Below are positions 24,509 through 32,000 of a DNA stretch of 32,000 nucleotides, in pieces. This DNA comes from Candidatus Methanoperedens sp. (lineage in GTDB: Archaea; Halobacteriota; Methanosarcinia; Methanosarcinales; Methanoperedenaceae). Each line of letters begins with the position of its first letter. The stretch's first letter is position 1. The notes under the pieces were generated by a model. The model was given only the letters and a program-made list of their open reading frames with translations, had not been told where the DNA came from and did not search any database. The stretch spans positions 30,001 to 62,000 of the forward strand of contig JAPZAR010000030.1 in NCBI GenBank assembly GCA_027460535.1, read 5' to 3'. The position numbers and the translations under genes are program-made.

Positions 24509-25954
24509 ATGGCAGAAAAGCAGACCGAAGAAAAAAAAGCTGTCCTCCCTTCAAAATCAAACTTCAGCGAATGGTATAATGAACTTCTCCTGATGGGAGA
24601 GATAATGGATGTGCGCTATCCTGTAAAAGGGCTTTACGTCTGGTTCCCTTTCGGGTTCGAGGTGCGGAAGCGAACCTACGCCATAATAAGAGAACTGCTT
24701 GACAAGGATCACAAAGAAGCCCTGTTCCCGCTTCTGATCCCGGAGAGCGAGTTCATGAAGGAGGCAGAGCACATAAAAGGCTTTGAGAATGAGGTTTACT
24801 GGGTCACTCGCGGCGGCAAGAACGAGCTTGATGTCAAGCTTGCCCTGCGCCCGACAAGCGAAACGGCCATCTATCCCATGTATAAGGTGTGGGTTCGCTC
24901 CCATGCCGACCTGCCCATCAAGATCTACCAGATAGTGAACACCTTCAGGTACGAGACAAAACACACGCGTCCCCTCATCCGCCTGCGCGAGATAACCTCG
25001 TTCAAGGAAGCGCATACCGTGCATGCCACCTGGGATGAAGCTGCGGAGCAGGTCAGGGAAGCCACGCGCATATACCAGGAATTCTACAGGAGGCTTGCGA
25101 TTCCCACCATTGTTTCAAAGCGCCCTGAATGGGATAAATTCCCGGGTGCGGATTATACGATGGCCGTGGATACGTTGATGCCGGACAATAAAACACTCCA
25201 GATCGGAACGGCCCATCACCTGGGGGACAATTTTGCAAAGACGTTTGAGATCAAATATGAAGATATGAACGGAGAGCAGCAGTACGCGCACCAGACATGC
25301 TACGGCATTTCAGAGCGCAGCATCGCGGCCCTGATCTCGGTCCACGGGGATGATAAGGGATTGGTATTCCCGCCGGAAGTCGCGCCAACCCAGGTCGTGG
25401 TCATCCCGATCTTATTCGGGAAGAGCGATGAGATAACGAAAGCATGCCGCGATGTTGCAGACCGATTAAAGGAAAAAGGGATCCGCACGGCACTTGATGA
25501 GAGTGATGAACGTCCTGGAGCCAAATATTATAAATGGGAAATGAAGGGCGTGCCTTTGAGGGTGGAGATCGGACCGCGGGACCTGAAAAATAATGTGGCT
25601 ACAGTTGTAAGAAGGGACAGCGGAAGCAAGGAAAATGTTCCGCTGGATAATATCGTGGAAGAGATCCAAAAGCGATTTGAGGACATCCATAATAAGTTAT
25701 TTGAGAAAGCCCAAAGATCTTTGAAGGAACGCATATTCGATTGCAATAATCTGGAAGAAGTGAAAGAAAAAATCCCGGAAGGCATCGCAAGGATATCATG
25801 GTGCTGCGAACGTGAATGCGGCCTTGCCATGGAAGAATCGGTCGGTGCAGGCATTCTGGGAATACCTGAGGGTGAGCTCGGAAGCGGCGGCGGAGCCTGT
25901 CCTATCTGTAAAAAGGAGACAGAAAAGATGGTGATAATGGCCAAGACATATTAG
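24509..25954 (+). CDS. proS: Prolyl-tRNA synthetase (archaeal/eukaryote-like type)
   Basis: 481 aa. '[31 protein letters not shown]', '[13 protein letters not shown]', '[19 protein letters not shown]' and '[14 protein letters not shown]' are present. The C-terminus has a Zn-binding 'CPICKK'. Confidence 0.95.
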   Translation: MAEKQTEEKKAVLPSKSNFSEWYNELLLMGEIMDVRYPVKGLYVWFPFGFEVRKRTYAIIRELLDKDHKEALFPLLIPESEFMKEAEHIKGFENEVYWVTRGGKNELDVKLALRPTSETAIYPMYKVWVRSHADLPIKIYQIVNTFRYETKHTRPLIRLREITSFKEAHTVHATWDEAAEQVREATRIYQEFYRRLAIPTIVSKRPEWDKFPGADYTMAVDTLMPDNKTLQIGTAHHLGDNFAKTFEIKYEDMNGEQQYAHQTCYGISERSIAALISVHGDDKGLVFPPEVAPTQVVVIPILFGKSDEITKACRDVADRLKEKGIRTALDESDERPGAKYYKWEMKGVPLRVEIGPRDLKNNVATVVRRDSGSKENVPLDNIVEEIQKRFEDIHNKLFEKAQRSLKERIFDCNNLEEVKEKIPEGIARISWCCERECGLAMEESVGAGILGIPEGELGSGGGACPICKKETEKMVIMAKTY

Positions 25955-26042
25955 AGTTGAATAAACTTTAAATACCTTTAATCAGATTATATGCTGCTAA
26001 TTTTCTCATTTTTCAGTGATGAGTATTTGAGAGGTATTTAAA

Positions 26043-26672
26043 ATGGAGAATATGGAATACAAAGGAACTACTACAATTGGGTTAGTCTGCGATACAGGTG
26101 TCGTCTTAGCGTCTGAAAGGAGAGCGACGATGGGGCACTTTATTGCTAGTAAAGATGCCAAAAAAGTCTATAAGATCGACGACTTGATCGCAATGACCAC
26201 AGCAGGTTCTGTGGGGGATGCCCAGAGGCTTGTAAAATGGATGCAGGTCGAGTCGAAACTCTACAAGATGCGCAGGGAAGAGTCCATGACAGTGAAAGGG
26301 ATAGTAAGTTTACTTGCAAATATCCTGAGCGGCAACAGGTACTATCCTTATTTTGTCCAGCTCCTCGTCGGAGGGGTGGATAAGAACGGACCCAGCGTCT
26401 ACTCACTTGATGCGGTTGGTGGAATAATCGAAGAAAAGAAGGCCGTGTCAACAGGATCAGGTTCCCCGATGGCATACGGAGTGCTGGAGGACAGATATGT
26501 GGAAAACATGCCTATCGAGGATGGGGTAGAACTGGCCGTTCGTGCCCTGCATAATGCCATGAAGCGCGACTCTGCTTCCGGCGACGGTATCAATGTAGTT
26601 AAGATCACACCGGAAGGATATATCGAAGTAGAAGATTCTGAGATCAAGAAGCTGCGCGATACCTTTACATAA
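26043..26672 (+). CDS. psmB: Proteasome subunit beta
   Basis: 209 aa. A short propeptide is followed by the '[22 protein letters not shown]' Thr-protease N-terminus. Confidence 0.95.
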   Translation: MENMEYKGTTTIGLVCDTGVVLASERRATMGHFIASKDAKKVYKIDDLIAMTTAGSVGDAQRLVKWMQVESKLYKMRREESMTVKGIVSLLANILSGNRYYPYFVQLLVGGVDKNGPSVYSLDAVGGIIEEKKAVSTGSGSPMAYGVLEDRYVENMPIEDGVELAVRALHNAMKRDSASGDGINVVKITPEGYIEVEDSEIKKLRDTFT

Positions 26673-26714
26673 TTCTTTTTTATTTTTTTAACATTTTTTA
26701 GAAGGAAAATCACG

Positions 26715-28628
26715 ATGACAGTTGATGAAGTATTGAACGACCTGAAACACAAAATAAGAGCCCAACTTCCAAAAGATATTACAATATCGGATGTAGATTT
26801 TGAGGGACCCGAACTCGTTATTTATACGGAAGAGCCAAGAAAATTCGCAGACAACGGGGATATCATAAAAAACCTTGCAAAGGATCTCAGGAAACGTCTC
26901 GTAGTCAGACCGGATCCAAAGGTTCTGGCCCAGCCAGAAGAGGCTATAGCGGCAATATCAAGAATCGTCCCTCCCGAGTCGGGGATTTCCAACCACTTTT
27001 TTGACGTGGACACAGGAGAAGTGGTAATAGAAGCTGAAAAGCCGGGTCTTGTCATAGGCAGACACGGCGAGACGCTGCGCGAGATCACAAAAGAGATTGG
27101 CTGGACATCAAAGGTTGTTCGTACGCCTCCAATGAAATCCACTACAGTGAACAATATTCGCCAGTTCATGCGTGCAAACAAGGATGAACGCAAGACCATA
27201 TTGAAGACAATAGGCAGAAAAATACACCGCGGCCTCACCTCCAAGGACAAATGGGTCAGACTGACAACCCTGGGAGCCTGCCGTGAAGTAGGACGCAGCT
27301 GTTTCCTGCTATCAACACCTGAAACAAGGATATTGATCGACTGCGGGGTATCCGTCAGCGGAGAGGATAATGGCACGCCTTACCTATACGTGCCCGAAGC
27401 CCATCCCATAAACCAGATCGATGCGGTAATCCTGACCCATGCACACCTTGATCATATAGGGCTTGTGCCCCTGTTATATAAATACGGGTTCGAAGGGCCG
27501 GTCTACTGCACCCCACCCACCCGTGATCTTATGGCTTTGCTGCAGCTGGACTACATCGATGTGGCGGCCCGTGAGGGCAGGAAAATACCGTATGAATCTG
27601 CCATGATCCGGGAGGTTCTGAAGCATACCATCACATTGAATTACGGTGATGTTACCGACATAGCTCCTGATATGAAGCTGACATTCCATAATGCAGGGCA
27701 TATTCTGGGGTCATCGATAGCGCATTTCCATGTGGGCGATGGTCTGTACAATATTGCTTTTACAGGAGATTTCAAGTTTGAGAAAACACGTCTTTTTGAT
27801 CCTGCAAACACCGACTTCCCGCGCGTGGAAACGCTTGTAATGGAGGCGACCTATGGTGGCTCAAGGGACATCCAGCCTTCAAGGAAAGATGCTGAGAGGC
27901 ATATGCAGCAAATCGCGAAGGAGACGCTTGAAAATAAAGGGAATCTCCTTATCCCGACATTTGCCGTCGGGAGAAGCCAGGAAGTCATGATAGTCCTCGA
28001 GGAAGCTATCCGTAAGGGTTTGATAGATGATGTTCCTGTTTATCTTGATGGTATGATAACCGAGGCGACAGCGATCCATACCACGCATCCCGAATACCTG
28101 AATAACGAGCTTCGCAATCAGATATTCCATAAAGGAATGAACCCTTTTCTTTCGAAATGTTTTGTGCAGGTGGATTCAAAAGAGAAACGCCAGAAGATAA
28201 TCGAAGACAGGGAGCCGTGCATTATCCTGGCGACCTCAGGCATGTTGAATGGTGGCCCTGTTATGGAATACTTAAAAGCTCTTGGACCGGAGGAAAAGAA
28301 CACCATGGTCTTTGTAGGTTACCAGGCAGAAGGAACTCTTGGACGGCGACTGCAGAAAGGATGGAAAGAAATACCAATGCATGCAGGCGGAGGGAGAACA
28401 GAGACTGTCAAGATCAACATGCATATAGATACGGTTGACGGATTCTCAGGGCACTCAGACAGGATACAGCTTATGGAGTATGTCCGAAGGATGAGACCCC
28501 GGGCTGAACACATAATCACCCAGCACGGGGATGAGAAGAACTGCATGGACCTGGCAAGCTCTATATACCGAAAGTACAAGATAGAAACGCGCGCCCCGAT
28601 GAACCTTGAGACGATAAGGCTGGCTTAA
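26715..28628 (+). CDS. aCPSF1/FttA: KH-domain beta-CASP metallo-beta-lactamase ribonuclease (archaeal transcription termination factor)
   Basis: 637 aa. The N-terminus has KH domains ('[12 protein letters not shown]'). The metallo-beta-lactamase motif is '[10 protein letters not shown]', and beta-CASP motifs lie downstream. The length and architecture are typical of aCPSF1. Confidence 0.93.
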   Translation: MTVDEVLNDLKHKIRAQLPKDITISDVDFEGPELVIYTEEPRKFADNGDIIKNLAKDLRKRLVVRPDPKVLAQPEEAIAAISRIVPPESGISNHFFDVDTGEVVIEAEKPGLVIGRHGETLREITKEIGWTSKVVRTPPMKSTTVNNIRQFMRANKDERKTILKTIGRKIHRGLTSKDKWVRLTTLGACREVGRSCFLLSTPETRILIDCGVSVSGEDNGTPYLYVPEAHPINQIDAVILTHAHLDHIGLVPLLYKYGFEGPVYCTPPTRDLMALLQLDYIDVAAREGRKIPYESAMIREVLKHTITLNYGDVTDIAPDMKLTFHNAGHILGSSIAHFHVGDGLYNIAFTGDFKFEKTRLFDPANTDFPRVETLVMEATYGGSRDIQPSRKDAERHMQQIAKETLENKGNLLIPTFAVGRSQEVMIVLEEAIRKGLIDDVPVYLDGMITEATAIHTTHPEYLNNELRNQIFHKGMNPFLSKCFVQVDSKEKRQKIIEDREPCIILATSGMLNGGPVMEYLKALGPEEKNTMVFVGYQAEGTLGRRLQKGWKEIPMHAGGGRTETVKINMHIDTVDGFSGHSDRIQLMEYVRRMRPRAEHIITQHGDEKNCMDLASSIYRKYKIETRAPMNLETIRLA

Positions 28629-29593
28629 GGTTTCTTTATTCTGAAATGTTCATATCCTCTGGGTTCAAGGTCCGCGAGTCCTGTTTTTCCTTCAATAAAA
28701 ACCCCGTTCTTGATGACTTCACCTATGATCGCAAACGGACAGGCTTTTCTTGCCTGTGTCATCCTGTCAGGCGCAACAGTGAACAGGAGTTCAAAATCCC
28801 CGCCCGCAAATAAAGCGGCGTCCCGCAATATTTCTTTTCCCAACCCCGTAATCTCGGGCAGAGCTGGAAGTTTATTTTCCCGTATCTTGAAACCAATCCC
28901 TCCTGCCTTGGCCATATCATGAAGCGAAAGAGCAAGACCATCGCTGATATCCATCATTGAAGTGACGGCTCCGGATTCGGCAAGCGCGATGCCCTCGTAA
29001 ATCCTTGGAATAGGTTCGAACAAAGCTTTTGATATCTCCTGGCTGACCGGGATTCCATTAGATAGTGCAAGAAGAGCGGCTCCAGCCAGACCCGGGCGAC
29101 CTGTCACACATACAGCATCTCCAGGTCTTCCCCCACTCCTTCGAATGAGCAATTCCTTTTTTACCAGTCCGAGCGCTGTTCCCGTAATTGTGAGTTCATC
29201 ATGAGAATCAGTATCCCCGCCGATGATCTCTGTGCCATATTTTGAGGCACATTCCCCCATTCCCTTTACGATATCATCAACAAATCCGACCTCGGTGTCA
29301 GGAGGTATTCCCATTGCCATCAATAATCCAAGAGGTTGTGCACCCTTGGAAGCCAGGTCGCTCAAATTTACCGCGACCGACATCCAGCCGATCTGGCGGG
29401 CTGTCATCTGGGGAGGGAAATCAGTTTTTCGATGCAGCATGTCCGTGGTAATGAGAAGATAATCCTTTCCACCGATGTCCAGGACAGCGCAATCATCTTC
29501 GCCTGCGCCTTCAATTACATTGTCACCTGATTTTACAAGTAGCTTTGCGATACGCGATATCAATTCACGCTCGCCCAGTTCGCTGACTTTCAT
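28625..29593 (-). CDS. thiL: Thiamine-monophosphate kinase
   Basis: 322 aa. '[10 protein letters not shown]', 'GEDDCAVLD' and '[15 protein letters not shown]' fit the AIR-synthase-related fold pattern of ThiL. It converges on the aCPSF1 gene with a 4-nt overlap. Confidence 0.88.
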   Translation of the reverse strand: MKVSELGERELISRIAKLLVKSGDNVIEGAGEDDCAVLDIGGKDYLLITTDMLHRKTDFPPQMTARQIGWMSVAVNLSDLASKGAQPLGLLMAMGIPPDTEVGFVDDIVKGMGECASKYGTEIIGGDTDSHDELTITGTALGLVKKELLIRRSGGRPGDAVCVTGRPGLAGAALLALSNGIPVSQEISKALFEPIPRIYEGIALAESGAVTSMMDISDGLALSLHDMAKAGGIGFKIRENKLPALPEITGLGKEILRDAALFAGGDFELLFTVAPDRMTQARKACPFAIIGEVIKNGVFIEGKTGLADLEPRGYEHFRIKKP

Positions 29594-29665
29594 TCAGGCA
29601 ATTATTCCCACGTAATCTATATAACATCATAGGACGCCATATTAAAAGAAATAAAAAAAATAGCG

Positions 29666-30373
29666 ATGAACACAGTACCCGGCGACCAGGAAATGCCCCT
29701 GGTTGAGCATTTCAAGGAACTTCGCGGAAGAATGATCATTGCCGCAATTCCGATAGTCCTGATTACATCGATTGCCTTTCTCTTCTCGGGTCAATTGCTC
29801 CAGATGATATGGAAGCAGACTGTTCCTGTCCCCATGACCGTGTATTCCCCGATGGAATTGATCATTGCCAAGCTCACGCTCTCACTTATGTGCGCGCTTT
29901 TTTTTGGGATACCTGTTGTGATCTACGAGGGATTCATGTTCGTAGGGAAAGGGCTTTATCCGAACGAAAAGAAGTTTTTCATAAGGGTCGTTCCTTTTTC
30001 GTTCATACTCTTTACAGCAGGAGCCGCCCTTGCCTATTTTATTGTTATACCACTCATGTTTAAATATACGATACTTTATTCAATTGATGTGGCGGCCCCT
30101 CAGATATCTGTGATAAAAACAATTGACGCCATAACAACGCTGGCCCTGAGTTTCGGCCTCATTTTCCAGTTCCCTCTGCTTCTGATATACTCCATAAAAA
30201 TGAGACTTTTGAAACTTGAGTCGCTCAGAGGAAAGAGAAAGATAATATATGGTGCACTTATTGCGTTTGCTTTATTCGTGTCACCTGACCCTTCCGCCCT
30301 TTCCGAATTGATCGTGGCTGCTGTGCTTGTCCTATTATTTGAATTCAGCCTTCTTGTGGCCAGGTTTTTTTAA
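29666..30373 (+). CDS. tatC: Twin-arginine translocase subunit TatC
   Basis: 235 aa. 'MPLVEHFKELRGRMI' is the TatC N-terminal signature. Six hydrophobic segments follow. Confidence 0.9.
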   Translation: MNTVPGDQEMPLVEHFKELRGRMIIAAIPIVLITSIAFLFSGQLLQMIWKQTVPVPMTVYSPMELIIAKLTLSLMCALFFGIPVVIYEGFMFVGKGLYPNEKKFFIRVVPFSFILFTAGAALAYFIVIPLMFKYTILYSIDVAAPQISVIKTIDAITTLALSFGLIFQFPLLLIYSIKMRLLKLESLRGKRKIIYGALIAFALFVSPDPSALSELIVAAVLVLLFEFSLLVARFF

Positions 30374-30817
30374 AACGACAAACTATTTATACTATGTTCG
30401 CATATATACGAACTAATAGTGGGCAAGACTAACTTTTTTACACCACCATAATCCCCACTCGCCCACTATCCTCCTATTATTTTTTGAATAATAAGTTCAC
30501 ATATTGGATTCAGATTTTAAGAGTGTTCCAGAGGAAATGGAGGTTGCAGGTTTTAGTCATAAATGTAACGCATAGAAAAAGGGATTTATTTTGATTCCAG
30601 ATGAGCTCGAAAATTTTTAAAACCGAATGGTAACGAATGATTTTTTATAGAAAATTTTCCATCATTATCATAAGTAGGATGATTTTTATTTTCCAACCGA
30701 AATAAAGGGGTTGGCAAAAGCATAGTAACAGCGTGAACCGATATTATTCATCGATCGGTTTCATGCATCCTGCCGCAACTCTGTAAAATTATCCGCGCAT
30801 CAGTTGAAATCGAAAGT

Positions 30818-32000
30818 TTATTTGAAAATCGCACCATTATCAGACGAACTCACCTGTTTCCGGTACCTTGCGAGATACCCTTTAATTTCGGGCAAAGGGG
30901 CCTTCCACCTTCTCATTCGTTCATCCATTTCTTCCCGGCTGAGCCTCAGGTTCAATATCCGGTTTGGAATATCGATATCGATGATATCTCCTTCCCTTAC
31001 AATGGATATAGGTCCTCCATCAGCCGCTTCAGGCGATACATGGCCTATGCAGGGGCCCCTTGTTCCTCCCGAGAAGCGACCGTCTGTGATGAGAGCCACG
31101 GAATCTATCATACCCATCCCCGCGATGGCGGCGGTCGGGGAAAGCATTTCACGCATACCCGGTCCGCCTTTTGGCCCTTCATATCTGACAACCACGCAAT
31201 CACCAGGTTTGATCTTGTTGCCCATGATAGCCTTCATGGCAAGTTCCTCACTGTCAAAAACCCTGGCTGGTCCTGAATGCTTTAACATTTTCTGGCTTAC
31301 AGCGGTCTGTTTGACAACGGCGCCCCGTGGGGCGAGGCTTCCGCTGAGAACAGCTATTCCTCCTTCGGGGTGCACAGGGGAATCAAGAGTAGCAATGATC
31401 TCTTTATTGGCGCGCGGATTTATTATCACAACCTTACCAAGGTTTTCTCTCAGGGTTTTTCCCGTAACGGTCAATGTATCCAGGTTTAATTTCTCCTGCA
31501 GCCTCTGCTGTATGGCCGGGACGCCCCCGGCACGTTCGAAATCGATAAGATAGCGATTCCCTCCAGGCCTCAAATTGATGAGATGCGGCGTCTCCCTGCT
31601 CAATTCATCAAACCTTGATAGAGGCAGGTTAAGTCCGAATTCCGAAGCTATGGCCGGCAGGTGAAGTGTTGTATTTGTGCTTCCACCGATAGCCATATCG
31701 ACCCGTATAGCATTATCAAGCGATTCCTCTGTAAGTATCTGGCGGGCATTTATTCCATTCCTGACAAGTTCGAGAATTTTCATACCGGATTGCTTGGCTA
31801 TCCTTATCTTCTTGGCATCTACAGCATGGGCGGTCCCGCATCCTGGCAGGCTTAATCCAAGCGCTTCTGTCACGCATGCCATGGTGTTGGCTGTGAATAG
31901 TCCGGCGCATGAGCCAGCGCCGCAGCACGCACAGTCTTCAAGATTTTTCAGCTCCTGCTCGGTTATTGCATTTTTCCGCCGCTGTCCAACAGCCTCGAAG
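30818..32000 (-). CDS. ilvD: Dihydroxy-acid dehydratase, 5'-truncated by the window edge
   Basis: The frame stays open to the window end. Upstream of the track start it reads '...[31 protein letters not shown]'. '[24 protein letters not shown]' is also present. The N-terminus lies beyond 32000. Confidence 0.95.
   Translation of the reverse strand, partial: FEAVGQRRKNAITEQELKNLEDCACCGAGSCAGLFTANTMACVTEALGLSLPGCGTAHAVDAKKIRIAKQSGMKILELVRNGINARQILTEESLDNAIRVDMAIGGSTNTTLHLPAIASEFGLNLPLSRFDELSRETPHLINLRPGGNRYLIDFERAGGVPAIQQRLQEKLNLDTLTVTGKTLRENLGKVVIINPRANKEIIATLDSPVHPEGGIAVLSGSLAPRGAVVKQTAVSQKMLKHSGPARVFDSEELAMKAIMGNKIKPGDCVVVRYEGPKGGPGMREMLSPTAAIAGMGMIDSVALITDGRFSGGTRGPCIGHVSPEAADGGPISIVREGDIIDIDIPNRILNLRLSREEMDERMRRWKAPLPEIKGYLARYRKQVSSSDNGAIFK

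Noticed and set aside
24235-24579. 68-aa minus-strand and 94-aa plus-strand ORFs at the island/proS junction
   Set aside because: They overlap repeat A and the proS upstream region, and the second runs into proS out of frame. There is no motif support.
30693-30760. Two hairpins downstream of ilvD: CCAACC...GGTTGG (30693-30714) and AACCGAT...ATCGGTT (30736-30760)
   Set aside because: They are short stems in an AT-rich intergenic region, plausibly incidental or simple terminator-like structures. Archaeal termination mainly uses oligo-T tracts, so they are not reported as features.
30804-31553. 249-aa plus-strand ORF
   Set aside because: It lies entirely antisense to ilvD, whose identity is certain.
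1-32000. A scan for CRISPR arrays, rRNA genes, and transposase, integrase or reverse-transcriptase genes
   Set aside because: No regularly spaced short direct repeats with unique spacers were seen. No rRNA-like sequence was seen. None of the translated ORFs shows DDE, tyrosine-recombinase, serine-recombinase or RT motifs.

Overview
This looks like an archaeal chromosome segment, probably a Methanosarcinales-like euryarchaeon. That call rests on the gene content: Hel308, aCPSF1/FttA, proteasome beta subunit, archaeal-type ProRS, NikR, short ThiC and leaderless-looking genes. All identifications come from reading motifs by eye; no searches were run.

The window has three parts:
- **Left core block (about 1-10.5 kb):** tRNA-Gly(UCC), pspA-pspAA, a HerA-like ATPase, thiC, hel308, uppS, nikR and a flavodoxin.
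- **AT-rich accessory island (about 10.56-24.45 kb):** it lies between the flavodoxin and proS. Its proteins are rich in N, K and I. It carries toxin-antitoxin modules (hicAB and a frameshifted mazF-like gene with its antitoxin), small orphan genes and membrane proteins.
- **Right core block (about 24.5-32 kb):** proS, psmB, aCPSF1, thiL, tatC and a partial ilvD.

The most unusual locus is a divergent gene pair in the island:
- One gene is a 709-aa triple fusion of a ThiH/HydG-like radical-SAM domain, a SIR2-like domain and an FCD ligand-binding domain. A 57-codon ORF overlaps its start.
- The other is an 847-aa protein with eight near-identical 36-aa HEAT-type repeats fused to a nitrilase-superfamily (CN-hydrolase) domain.

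The island is also punctuated by a family of co-oriented, hairpin-rich interspersed repeats about 65-180 bp long. There are five clear copies, one degenerate fragment and one solo tail. They sit at the 3' side of successive minus-strand gene modules, which gives a cassette-array-like layout. No integrase, transposase, CRISPR array or rRNA is visible in the window.
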